Assembly: GCA_040752575.1 (NCBI GenBank)
Contig: JBFMGK010000025.1
Coordinates: forward strand, 1 to 13,413
Direction: 5' to 3'
Length of the DNA: 13,413 nucleotides
Source of the DNA: Candidatus Bipolaricaulota bacterium
GTDB taxonomy: Bacteria; Bipolaricaulota; Bipolaricaulia; UBA7950; UBA9294
Shown: positions 1-8,149 of the stretch, one piece after another
Position numbering within the stretch: the stretch's first letter is position 1
Layout: every line of letters begins with the position of its first letter
Translations under genes and position numbers: made by a program
The notes under the pieces: generated by a model
Told to the model about the DNA's origin: nothing
The model's database searches: none
The model's input: the letters and a program-made list of their open reading frames with translations, nothing else

Positions 1-243
1 GACGACGGCGTCGGCGAGGGGTGTCTGCCCGAGAACCCAGAGGGCGTTGCGAAGGAACGCGAATGCCCGGGCGGGCTCATCTTCGGGCCAGAGCAGCGTG
101 GCCAACGTGTCACGAGCGTGCTGCGACCCGGAGACCGCGAGGTAGGCAAGGAGAGCCAGGGCCTTCCGGCGCGAGATGAGAATCGGCGTGCCGTCGGACT
201 CAATCCTCGGGTACCCGAAAAGGTGGATGCGAAGTTCTGCCAT
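1..243 (-). CDS. SARP/AfsR-family (wHTH + BTAD) transcriptional regulator, N-terminal part; runs off the window edge
   Basis: Absent from the ORF track; my translation from ATG 243 reads MAELRIHLFGYPRIESDGTPILISRRKALALLAYLAVSGSQHARDTLATLLWPEDEPARAFAFLRNALWVLGQ. The pattern L-G-x-P...KALALLAYLA...R-D-x-LA-x-LLWP...LRNAL is typical of SARP-type N-termini. GGAGG lies 5 nt upstream (249-253). Confidence 0.88.
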   Translation of the reverse strand, partial: MAELRIHLFGYPRIESDGTPILISRRKALALLAYLAVSGSQHARDTLATLLWPEDEPARAFAFLRNALWVLGQTPLADAVV

Positions 244-274
244 GCCTGCCTCCGGCGTCTCCGACAGGAAACGT

Positions 275-280
275 AGTATA
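275..280 (-). promoter_or_regulatory. Putative -10 element (TATACT) for the SARP-type regulator
   Basis: AGTATA at 275-280 reads TATACT on the minus strand, about 30 nt upstream of the ATG in a GC-rich background. Confidence 0.55.
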
Positions 281-359
281 CGCGCTGCCGCAGCGAAAGA
301 AACGGAGGGGAGACGGCGCGGCGCAAGAGTGGTAAGGCGGGGCGGAAGGGGGCTTGGGG

Positions 360-1004
360 ATGGCGAGATGGCGAGGGCTCGTCGACGCCGTCGCAGAGGC
401 CAATGAGAGGCTCCTTGCCGACGGTCTCGGGGAACGGCGGGCCGAGATGGTGCGGTTTCTGCTTGAGCGCCAAATCGTGGTCGGGCGCGATGCGGGGCTG
501 TTCGAGCCGACACCGGCCGACGACGCGGACAGGCGGCTGCCGACCGGCGAGCGTCTCCGAACCAAGCTGGCGACGCGGCATATCCTGTCGCACGAAGCGA
601 CGCGGATCCTGCACGTGGCCGGAGGCGAGGAAAGTGCGGCCGCTGTCGGCCGCGCGAGACGACGAATCGCGGCAAGCTGCTACGCGGCACAGCACTGCAT
701 GATCGGCGAGTGTGCAGCGAGCTACGTGGGCTACATACGGCTGCTCAACGCGCTCGACCCTACAGGCCCGGACCTTGCGCTGCGCGTCCGCGCGCTCCAC
801 GGGAGACGCGATGGGCGCGGACGATGGACGGGACTCCCTTTCTACTACACGCTTTGCGTCTTGAGCGAGCTTCGCCTCGCCACTGCCGCCGAGGAGGTCC
901 GCTATGCGCTGGGCGCCACGAGGGTGGAGCGCCCCGAAGGGGACTCGCCTCAGGCGCGCGTCCGCCGCGCGGTCGTCCAGCGGGCCGCGTTGGGGAGGAT
1001 TTAG
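360..1004 (+). CDS. Hypothetical protein (214 aa), probably helical, with a C-x5-C-x4-C motif
   Basis: ORF fills the gap between the regulator and the M90 gene. ATG at 360 (TTG 354 is an alternative). Protein-like composition, with SCYAAQHCMIGEC and RDGRGRWTGLPFYYTL. Confidence 0.75.
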   Translation: MARWRGLVDAVAEANERLLADGLGERRAEMVRFLLERQIVVGRDAGLFEPTPADDADRRLPTGERLRTKLATRHILSHEATRILHVAGGEESAAAVGRARRRIAASCYAAQHCMIGECAASYVGYIRLLNALDPTGPDLALRVRALHGRRDGRGRWTGLPFYYTLCVLSELRLATAAEEVRYALGATRVERPEGDSPQARVRRAVVQRAALGRI

Positions 1005-1029
1005 CGCAGACGGCGCCCGTCGGGCCGGG

Positions 1030-1035
1030 TACGAT
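1030..1035 (+). promoter_or_regulatory. Putative -10 element (TACGAT) for the peptidase pair
   Basis: GGGTACGAT at 1027-1035, followed by an AAGGGGG RBS and GTG 1058. The same 9-mer precedes the Fpg gene (4379-4387). Confidence 0.5.
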
Positions 1036-1057
1036 ACGGTCGACCCAAGGGGGTGCC

Positions 1058-1864
1058 GTGTTCGGCCGACGTGAGCGACGACGCAAGAGGCTGCGCGAGC
1101 GTCCAGTTCCGGATGCGTGGCGCGAGCTTCTGGATCGGGGCGTTCCGATCGTCCGAAACCTCCTTCCTGCCGACCGCGCGGAACTGGAAGGCGGGATCCA
1201 GGTTTTCCTCGCCGAGAAGCGCTTCGAGGGAGCGGGAGGGTTCGCGATCGACGACGAAGTCCGCGTTGTCGTTGCAGCCCACGCCAGTCTCCTCCTGTTG
1301 CACCGACCCGACGCCGAGTATTCGAAACTGCTTTCGGTGATTGTTTATCCGGGCGAATTCCTCGCACACATCGAAGAACAGGACGAGGCAGGGCTCATCT
1401 GGGAGGACGAGGAGACGCGTGCCGGCGAGTCATGGAGTCTCGGCAGCCTGGTCCTGTCCTGGTCCGACGTGCTGGAAGACCGAGAGGATCCGAACGGCGA
1501 ACTGAACGTGATCCTGCACGAGTTCGCCCATCAGCTGGACGCCGAGAACGGCGAGATGGACGGTCTTCCGCCCCTCGCCGATGGAGAGCTCCGCGAGGCC
1601 TGGCCCGTGGTGATGCACAAGGCGTTCGAAGACCTGAGGCGGCGCGCCGGCGCCGGGCGCGCGACCGCCCTGGATCCATATGCAGCAGAACACCCCAGCG
1701 AGTTCTTTGCGGTGGCGACCGAGGTGTTCTTCCAGCAGCCGAGGCGGCTTCTGGCCGCCTATCCGGAGGTGTACCGTCTCCTCACGAGGTACTACCTTCA
1801 GGACCCCGTTGCGTGGCGGACTGGGGGACTCGTCGAGAGAAAGAGGCGCAGCCATGACCCTTGA
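1058..1864 (+). CDS. Zinc-dependent peptidase, M90 (MtfA-like) family
   Basis: GTG start (MFGRRERRRKRL). Motifs FLAEKRFEG, GESWSLGSLVLSW, NVILHEFAHQLD (HExxH) and YAAEHPSEFFAVATEVFF match the MtfA/M90 signature. The ORF-track extension back to 710 overlaps the upstream gene and is not credible. Confidence 0.92.
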   Translation: MFGRRERRRKRLRERPVPDAWRELLDRGVPIVRNLLPADRAELEGGIQVFLAEKRFEGAGGFAIDDEVRVVVAAHASLLLLHRPDAEYSKLLSVIVYPGEFLAHIEEQDEAGLIWEDEETRAGESWSLGSLVLSWSDVLEDREDPNGELNVILHEFAHQLDAENGEMDGLPPLADGELREAWPVVMHKAFEDLRRRAGAGRATALDPYAAEHPSEFFAVATEVFFQQPRRLLAAYPEVYRLLTRYYLQDPVAWRTGGLVERKRRSHDP

Positions 1865-3698
1865 AGCGGCCGTTCGGACGTACGCCGAGCTCATCTCGGG
1901 AACGCGGATCCTTGACACGGCGACAGATCTTTCCCGTCTACATCGGACGCCGGCATCTCCAGGGTTCCGCGCCGCCGTCGAGAAGGTTGTCGCGCGGCTC
2001 GCCGAGGCCGGCGTTGCGGCGACCGTGCACACGTTCCCGGCGGATGGCAAGACCAAGACCTATGACTGGACGGCTCCCCCCGCCTGGGAGGTTCGCGCGG
2101 GCACCCTGAGGGAAGCGGGCGAGTCCGGCAGGCTCATTGCCGACTTCGACGAGACCGCGCAAGCCGTGGTTGTGCATTCGCCCGGGGGCGTCTTCGAGGG
2201 AGAAATCGTCCACCTGGGGTCGCCGGCCGAGGACGCGGACTACGAACGATACGACCTCGCGGGGAAAGTCGCCCTGGTATGCGCTCGGGCGAGTGACGCG
2301 GTACCACGCGCGGCGCGGCGCGGCGCCGTCGCCGTTGTGATGTATCCGAGTGACGAGCGCGCGGCCGTGTCGCACGAACTCGTGGCTTACCAAAGCATCT
2401 TCCCACGCCGCGAGGACATTGCGGGTCTCGTTCCCGCGTTCTCCGTGTCGCGCCGTGCCGCCGACCGTCTTGTTCGCGCCTCAAGTCAAGGATCGTTGGT
2501 CGTCCGAGGGGAGATCGACGCCGAGTTTGGAGATGGCGAGATCCAGGTTGTCGAGGCCCTCGTGTCGGGGAGGAACGCTTCATCCCGTGAGGCGCTGTTT
2601 GTGGCCCATCTCTGCCATCCACGCGGTTCGGCGAACGACAATGCGTCAGGGGCGGCGGCGCTGGTCGAGATCGCTAGCGCGATGTCACATGCGCCGATCG
2701 CGTCCGGGGCGCGGTTTCTCTGGGCCCCGGAGTTCTACGGGACGCTTCCCTGGGCCGCGGAACGGGCCGACGTCGTGTCCGGTGTGGAGTTCGTCGTCAA
2801 CCTGGACATGGTCGGAGCCCATCCTGAACGGATCGGCGAGCCGCTTCGCATCTTCCGCGCGTCGAACTCGACGCCGCACTTCGTGAACGCGATCGTCGGG
2901 CCCGTTGCGGCCGCGGTGGCCGCGGCGAGGGAGACGGGTGCAGCAAGGGGATCCCGGCGTCCCCTCCACTGGGTGGAGGATCTGCCCTCCGGGGGCAGCG
3001 ATCACGTGGTGTTCGCCGCCTCACCGCATCGCCGCGCCGGAATCATGCTAGGGCACGACGATCCCTACTGGCACTCCGATCAGGACACGGCGGACCACCT
3101 GGATCCGACGCGACTGAAGCAGGCCGCCGTGCTGGCCGCTGTCCTTGCCGCCGAGAGCACGGACCATGGCGCTGGTGCATGGCTCTGGAACGAGCTTCTA
3201 GCGTATTCGGCGCACGAGCTTGCGCGCGCCGGCAGGCTGGCGGCCCCTCTCGAGCCCAAGGCCGCGGCTCTGCTTCTGGACACTGCCCTGGACGTCGAAA
3301 TCCGACGCGCGCGATCTGTGCGCGGGATCGAGCCGCGGCGGGCGTCGGAGCGGGAGGGCGTACTCAGGACGTTGCGCGCTCACCTTGGGCCCGCGCGGGA
3401 GCCTGACGACGAGGACGAAGGCCGCTGCCCGCTTCGACGCGTGGACGGCCCTCTCATCTATGCCCTTGGTGCGCGGCTCAGCGAGGAGGAGAACGCCTTC
3501 TTCAAGGAGACCTTCGGCGATCACCATCGCGCGGCGGCGGAAGGACTCCTTAACCTCAGCGACGGGACGCTGACGGCGACCTCCATTGCGCGACGGCTCA
3601 CGCTCGATGGAGGTCGGCTCTTCACGCGCGAGGACGTCGAGCGCGGAGTCGACGCCCTGGAGACGGCGGGGATCGTCGAGTGGCGGGACGCGTCCTAG
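1854..3698 (+). CDS. M28-like zinc aminopeptidase (DUF4910 type) with a PA-domain insert and a probable C-terminal winged helix
   Basis: ATG at 1854 overlaps the upstream gene by 11 nt. Motifs: AHLCHP, ANDNASG, WAPEFYG, NLDMVG, GGSDH, YWHSDQDT. PA-domain segment DLAGKVALV...ARRGAVAVVMY. C-terminal LNLSDGTLTATSIARRL...LETAGIV. Confidence 0.88.
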   Translation: MTLEAAVRTYAELISGTRILDTATDLSRLHRTPASPGFRAAVEKVVARLAEAGVAATVHTFPADGKTKTYDWTAPPAWEVRAGTLREAGESGRLIADFDETAQAVVVHSPGGVFEGEIVHLGSPAEDADYERYDLAGKVALVCARASDAVPRAARRGAVAVVMYPSDERAAVSHELVAYQSIFPRREDIAGLVPAFSVSRRAADRLVRASSQGSLVVRGEIDAEFGDGEIQVVEALVSGRNASSREALFVAHLCHPRGSANDNASGAAALVEIASAMSHAPIASGARFLWAPEFYGTLPWAAERADVVSGVEFVVNLDMVGAHPERIGEPLRIFRASNSTPHFVNAIVGPVAAAVAAARETGAARGSRRPLHWVEDLPSGGSDHVVFAASPHRRAGIMLGHDDPYWHSDQDTADHLDPTRLKQAAVLAAVLAAESTDHGAGAWLWNELLAYSAHELARAGRLAAPLEPKAAALLLDTALDVEIRRARSVRGIEPRRASEREGVLRTLRAHLGPAREPDDEDEGRCPLRRVDGPLIYALGARLSEEENAFFKETFGDHHRAAAEGLLNLSDGTLTATSIARRLTLDGGRLFTREDVERGVDALETAGIVEWRDAS

Positions 3699-4291
3699 GG
3701 AGATCGCACGCGTTCGACCGCCGCGCGGCCCGCCTCACGTGCAGCGTCGAGGATCTCCGGTCGCCGCAAGACATCCGCGCCGGCCGCGATTCCCGATCCG
3801 CCGACGCCGGGCGCAACGACGGTGCCCACGACGGGAATCCCGAGAAACGTGAAGACGTCGGAAAACATCCCCACCGTGTGCCGCGCGACCGCCGCGTGGC
3901 TGTCGCCCAGCGCAACGACGGTCACCGCAACGCGCCCGCGGAACAGCTTGCGCGTCTCGGCGTTCGCCCAGGGCGCAAACCAGCGATCGACGAATGTCTT
4001 CAACTGGGCCGTCGGACCCCACCAGTACACGGGGGTCCCAAGGACCCAGACGTCGTGCTCGCCGAGAGCCGACAGGAGTTCATCCATCCCGTCGCGGTAG
4101 ATGCATCGTCCCGTTGGAACGCAAGCGCCGCACGAGCGGCACGGCGCGATCGCGTAGCGGTCGACGAATAGCTTGCTCGTTTTGGCGCCGAGAGACTCCG
4201 CGGCCTCGAGCACTGTGGAAACGAGGGTGTCCGTATTGCCACCCTCGCGGGGGCTACCTACGACTCCTAGGACCCTCACAGCGTCTGGCAT
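3695..4291 (-). CDS. Flavodoxin-fold iron-sulfur flavoprotein / NADPH-dependent FMN reductase family
   Basis: ATG 4291 with an AAGGAGGAG RBS. Motifs GSPREGGNT (FMN phosphate loop), CRSCGACVPTGRC (Cx2Cx2Cx5C, Isf-type Fe-S motif) and GTPVYW...QLKTFVDR. Confidence 0.92.
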   Translation of the reverse strand: MPDAVRVLGVVGSPREGGNTDTLVSTVLEAAESLGAKTSKLFVDRYAIAPCRSCGACVPTGRCIYRDGMDELLSALGEHDVWVLGTPVYWWGPTAQLKTFVDRWFAPWANAETRKLFRGRVAVTVVALGDSHAAVARHTVGMFSDVFTFLGIPVVGTVVAPGVGGSGIAAGADVLRRPEILDAAREAGRAAVERVRSP

Positions 4292-4328
4292 TGCTCCTCC
4301 TTGCCGATCTATACGCCGTCGCTTCCGC

Positions 4329-4387
4329 ATTCTAGTGGATCCTCGGCGGTTGTGTCGGCCGCACGTCGGGGTCGGTGGGGGTACGAT
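4329..4387. promoter_or_regulatory. Divergent promoter pair: TAGAAT (-, 4329-4334) for the flavoprotein and TACGAT (+, 4382-4387) for Fpg/Nei
   Basis: Both TAnnnT hexamers lie 33-37 nt upstream of starts that have a strong RBS. Confidence 0.55.
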
Positions 4388-4420
4388 GTCGGTTCCGCGA
4401 GAGCGGGAAAGGAGAGCGAC

Positions 4421-5269
4421 GTGCCCGAGTGGCCCGAGATCGCGTGCCGGACGCGGGAGATGAACGCGCGCCTGGTCGGACGAAGGATTGAAGAGGTTGA
4501 GGTCCGGCAGCCAAAGTGCCTCAACGTGTCGGAGGGGACGTTCGCAGTTGCGCTTCGGGGACAGGCGTTCGGTGACATCTCGTGCCGAGGGAAGTGGATC
4601 CTCGCCGAGACGACGGGGCCGACTCTGCTCTTGAACCTGGGCATGGGAGGCGAGATCCTGCTCGTCCCCAGCGGACATCCTCCCGAGGCGTGGAAGGTCC
4701 GCTTCCGACTGGGTCCAGAGACGCTTTCCATTAACTTCTGGTGGTTCGGGAGTGCGCATATCGTGGACGCGAACCGCCTAGACGAGCACCCGACCGTCGG
4801 CAGGCTGGGTCCCGACGCGCCCGCCGTATCGGTCGACGACCTCGCGAGTCTCCTCCGGGGACGTCGCGGAGCCATCAAACCGTTCTTGCTCGATCAAACG
4901 AAAGTGGCAGGGATCGGCAACGCGTACATCCACGACATCCTTTTCCGCGCTAGGCTTCACCCGCTCCGTCCGATCGCGACCCTCGCTCCGCCGGAGATCC
5001 GGCGTCTTCACGCAGCCATCGTCGGAGAACTCGAGCGCAGTCTCGAAAAGGGCGGCGCGTTCTACGAAGTCGATCTTGATGGCCGGCGCGGCGGGTTCAC
5101 CGCCCTCGACCTTCAGGTGGGCTACCGCGAGGGCAGCCCATGTCCGGTCTGCGGGACGACCATCGTCAAGATCAAGACAGGATCGACGTCCAGCTATATC
5201 TGCCCGCGGTGTCAGCGGATGGAAGGCGCCTCGCCGACGAACGCGGCCACCAGCGCAGCGAGGGCCTGA
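4421..5269 (+). CDS. Fpg/Nei (MutM-like) DNA glycosylase/AP lyase family protein, divergent
   Basis: GTG 4421 after AAAGGAG gives an N-terminal PEWPE (catalytic Pro-Glu). Also RGKW, LGMGG, H2TH motif LLDQTKVAGIGNAY, and C-terminal zinc finger CPVC...CPRCQ. Confidence 0.93.
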   Translation: MPEWPEIACRTREMNARLVGRRIEEVEVRQPKCLNVSEGTFAVALRGQAFGDISCRGKWILAETTGPTLLLNLGMGGEILLVPSGHPPEAWKVRFRLGPETLSINFWWFGSAHIVDANRLDEHPTVGRLGPDAPAVSVDDLASLLRGRRGAIKPFLLDQTKVAGIGNAYIHDILFRARLHPLRPIATLAPPEIRRLHAAIVGELERSLEKGGAFYEVDLDGRRGGFTALDLQVGYREGSPCPVCGTTIVKIKTGSTSSYICPRCQRMEGASPTNAATSAARA

Positions 5270-5916
5270 GGACCGCCCACCGGCCTTCTCCACGTGGAGC
5301 GCGGCACGCCGCCCCGCCGCTGGGTCCACAAGAGATGGGAGCGCATCGCAAACTCCGACGAGCGCCGCGTGATTTCCGGGTGCGCCTGGACACCCCAGAT
5401 GGGCGCGCGCCCGTACCGCAGTACGTGGGTGGCGCAGCGCCGCGACGTGGCGAGGACGCGCCAAGGCGACGGAGGATCGACCACCTCGACGAGGTGAAAC
5501 GCGAACACCGACCAGGGGTTCGGAAGCCCGGACAGCAACTCGTCCTGCTCGCGCAACTCGACAGAGATCCGTCCGACCTCGGGGCGCGCGGCCCGTGCCA
5601 GGTAGCGAGGGCCGGACAACGCCCAGACCAGGAGCTCGTGGCCGAAGCATGAGCCCAGGACTCGCGTGTCAGTGTCGCGCGCAGCCCGCAGCATCTCGGC
5701 CTCTCGCTGCATCCATGGCGTCGGCCGCAGGACCGACGCCTCGGACCCCGTGAGGACAAGGTGTGTGAACTGCCGGATCTCGGGAAGGCTCGTTGCCTGC
5801 GGGGCGCGGAGAATCTCGACGTCGCCGTGTTCCGCGAGGGCCCTTGCCCACCGGCGGGCAAGGGGAAACAGGTGAGGGTAAAGGGAGTTATCGACGACCA
5901 GGATGCGAGGTGCCAT
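5212..5916 (-). CDS. Class I glutamine amidotransferase (GMP synthase GATase-like / gamma-glutamyl hydrolase-like), stand-alone
   Basis: LVLTGS oxyanion strand, GSCFGHEL nucleophile elbow and GVQAHPE, giving an intact Cys-His-Glu triad. Confidence 0.9.
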   Translation of the reverse strand: MAPRILVVDNSLYPHLFPLARRWARALAEHGDVEILRAPQATSLPEIRQFTHLVLTGSEASVLRPTPWMQREAEMLRAARDTDTRVLGSCFGHELLVWALSGPRYLARAARPEVGRISVELREQDELLSGLPNPWSVFAFHLVEVVDPPSPWRVLATSRRCATHVLRYGRAPIWGVQAHPEITRRSSEFAMRSHLLWTQRRGGVPRSTWRRPVGGPQALAALVAAFVGEAPSIR

Positions 5917-5922
5917 GGCCGG

Positions 5923-5928
5923 AGTATA
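5923..5928 (-). promoter_or_regulatory. Putative -10 element (TATACT) for a leaderless GATase transcript
   Basis: Lies 6 nt upstream of ATG 5916; no Shine-Dalgarno in between. Confidence 0.6.
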
Positions 5929-6014
5929 ACGGAGACGCCATCGGGACTCGCCGCGATGCGAACGACGCCCGCAGGGAGTGGCGGCCGGGCTGCCGACAGC
6001 GTACGCTCGGCGCG

Positions 6015-7172
6015 ATGTCGGAACGGGCAGGCTCGGCGAGCAGGCAAGGTGTCGCGTTCTGGCTTGCGTCCTCGGCCATCCTCGTGGCGACGTCGACCGG
6101 GGGACTGACGCTTCTGGTTCAGCTCTTCCTGAAATCTCAAGGAGCCTCGCTTCTGACGATCAGCGCGGCGTCAAGTCTCGGTTCGGTCGGCGTTCTTCTG
6201 GGAAGCACTTTCTGGGGCAGGCTCTCCGATCGTACGGGGCGGCGAGGTCTCCTCATTGCGGCTGCGGTGGGCACCTCGGCGAGCGTGGCGGTCCTCGTTG
6301 CGCTGCCGGGAAACCTTGTCGTGGTCTCGACGTCGTTCCTGCGGGCGTTCATGGACATCGGCTTCGCGTCGATGAGTCTGGCCATGATCTCGGCGGCGAG
6401 TCGAACGGCGACCCGGGCTCGCGGCATGTCGTACAACTCGTCGGCGCGGTCGCTCGGCTTCGCACTCGGCGTCCTCAGCGCCGGCTTCGTCCTCGATCAA
6501 CTCGGCTATCGCTACGCGTTCCTCGCGATGGCGCTCCTGCCGATGGCTGCCGCCGCGATGACCCTGCGGTTGCCGCACGAAGAGAAGACCGGCCCCGCGC
6601 CGCGGGTTTTCCCCTGGCGCGATCTGCGCGCCGCCGGTCTGACGCGGCTCTACCTGGCGACGATCCTCCGTCAGTTCAGCACGAACGGCGCCTTCGCGCT
6701 CCTCTACGTGTACATGGACGATCGCGGAATCTCGGCCACGGCGATGGGCAGCGTGAGTTCGCTCAACACGTTGACGCAGGTCATCGCCTTGGTCTTCTTC
6801 GGCTGGCTCGCCGATCGGGTTGGGCGGCGCAGAGTGTTCCTGTTGGGGTTCGCGCTGTCGGCCGTGTTGCCGTGTATCCTGGCGATCTCCAACAGCCTTC
6901 CGATGATGGCGGTTAGCTATGTCGTTCTCGGTTTGGGCTTTAGCTCTCTCTACGTTGGATCGACGGCGCATATCGGCGACCTCATTCCTCCGGAGCGCCT
7001 GGGCACGATGATGGGCCTGTTCGAAATGGCTCGGGGGCTTGGCGGCTTGCTCGGACCGCTGTTGGCCGGCGCTCTCGTGACGCTCGTGGGGTACTTCGGC
7101 ATGTTCCTGACGATGGCGGCGGTCGCAGGCGGCGCTTGGGTGCTTGTCGCCACGGAACGGGCGGCGCGCTGA
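6015..7172 (+). CDS. MFS transporter (about 12 TM helices)
   Basis: MFS motif A appears twice (WGRLSDRTGRR and FGWLADRVGRRR), with many hydrophobic helices. Start placed at ATG 6015, 7 nt downstream of TACGCT (6002-6007). Confidence 0.93.
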   Translation: MSERAGSASRQGVAFWLASSAILVATSTGGLTLLVQLFLKSQGASLLTISAASSLGSVGVLLGSTFWGRLSDRTGRRGLLIAAAVGTSASVAVLVALPGNLVVVSTSFLRAFMDIGFASMSLAMISAASRTATRARGMSYNSSARSLGFALGVLSAGFVLDQLGYRYAFLAMALLPMAAAAMTLRLPHEEKTGPAPRVFPWRDLRAAGLTRLYLATILRQFSTNGAFALLYVYMDDRGISATAMGSVSSLNTLTQVIALVFFGWLADRVGRRRVFLLGFALSAVLPCILAISNSLPMMAVSYVVLGLGFSSLYVGSTAHIGDLIPPERLGTMMGLFEMARGLGGLLGPLLAGALVTLVGYFGMFLTMAAVAGGAWVLVATERAAR

Positions 7173-7204
7173 CTCAGCGCGTGCCCGCGCTGTGCGGTGT
7201 GCCG

Positions 7205-7223
7205 TAGAATGGCCGGGAGGTGA
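7205..7223 (+). promoter_or_regulatory. -10 element TAGAAT (7205-7210) and RBS GGAGGTGA for the nucleotidyltransferase
   Basis: The sequence reads gccgTAGAATggccgGGAGGTGAtcgagGTG. Confidence 0.6.
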
Positions 7224-7228
7224 TCGAG

Positions 7229-8149
7229 GTGGCATACACGCCGCTGGCCCTGGTCGTTCTTGCCGCCGGCCTGGGAAGCCGTTTCGGCGGCCCCAAGCAG
7301 GTCGAGCCGGTCGGCCCGTCGGGCGAAACGCTGCTCGACTATTCCATCTACGATGCGCTGTCGGCGGGGTTCTCGCACATCGTCTTTGTCGTCCGCGAAG
7401 AGGTCGAGGACGTGCTGCGGCGGCGGCTTGGTCCTGCGCTGGGCGGCCGCTGCAGGAGGACGTTCGTGCGCCAGCGTTTGGACGATGTTCCTGTGGGAAT
7501 CGACGTGCCTGCCGCGCGCTCGCGCCCATGGGGCACGGGGCAGGCGGTTCTGGCGTGCCGAGGAGCCCTCGAGGGGTCGTTCGCCGTGGTCAACGCCGAT
7601 GACTTCTACGGCGCCGATGGATTCGCGCGTGTAGCCGCCTTCCTGCGCGATGGGCGCGGCCCCGCGCCGTGGCGCAACGCGTTGGTCGGATATCGCCTGT
7701 CGTCGACGCTCACCGAGAGTGGAACCGTGTCGCGCGGCATCTGCGCCGTGAACTCCTCCGGGGACCTTGAGTCGATCGTTGAGTGCCATGGCGTGGGACG
7801 AAGGGCGGACGGCGCCATCGGTTACGACGACCGAGGCACGTGGCGCCCGCTCGAGGCAGACGCCGTCGCGTCGATGAACTTCTGGGGACTCGACGCCAGC
7901 GTTCTCCCGCTGCTGGAACGGGGATTCCGGCGTTTCCTCGCCACCGGGCCTGGCGATCACGATGAGTTCCGCCTGCCGACCGCGATCGGCGACCTCATCG
8001 ACGAAGGTGCCGTCGGCGTCCGCGTCCTGCAGGCGAACGCCGAATGGCTTGGCGTCACGCACCGCGCCGACCTCGACGGCGTACGCCGACGCATCGGAGA
8101 GAAGGTCGCTGCGGGAGAATACCCGTCGCCGCTGTGGACGAGGAACTAG
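7229..8149 (+). CDS. Sugar-phosphate nucleotidyltransferase (NTP_transferase, GT-A fold)
   Basis: LAAGLGSRFGGPKQ (GxGxR..K), LLDYSIYDA, PWGTGQAV, VVNADDFYG, SMNFWG, WLGVT. GTG 7229 sits 5 nt after the RBS. Confidence 0.92.
   Translation: MAYTPLALVVLAAGLGSRFGGPKQVEPVGPSGETLLDYSIYDALSAGFSHIVFVVREEVEDVLRRRLGPALGGRCRRTFVRQRLDDVPVGIDVPAARSRPWGTGQAVLACRGALEGSFAVVNADDFYGADGFARVAAFLRDGRGPAPWRNALVGYRLSSTLTESGTVSRGICAVNSSGDLESIVECHGVGRRADGAIGYDDRGTWRPLEADAVASMNFWGLDASVLPLLERGFRRFLATGPGDHDEFRLPTAIGDLIDEGAVGVRVLQANAEWLGVTHRADLDGVRRRIGEKVAAGEYPSPLWTRN

Noticed and set aside
256..315. CGTCTCC/GGAGACG inverted repeat flanking the regulator's -10
   Set aside because: Only 7 bp with a 46-nt spacer, so plausible by chance. 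SARP proteins typically bind direct repeats, and I found none.
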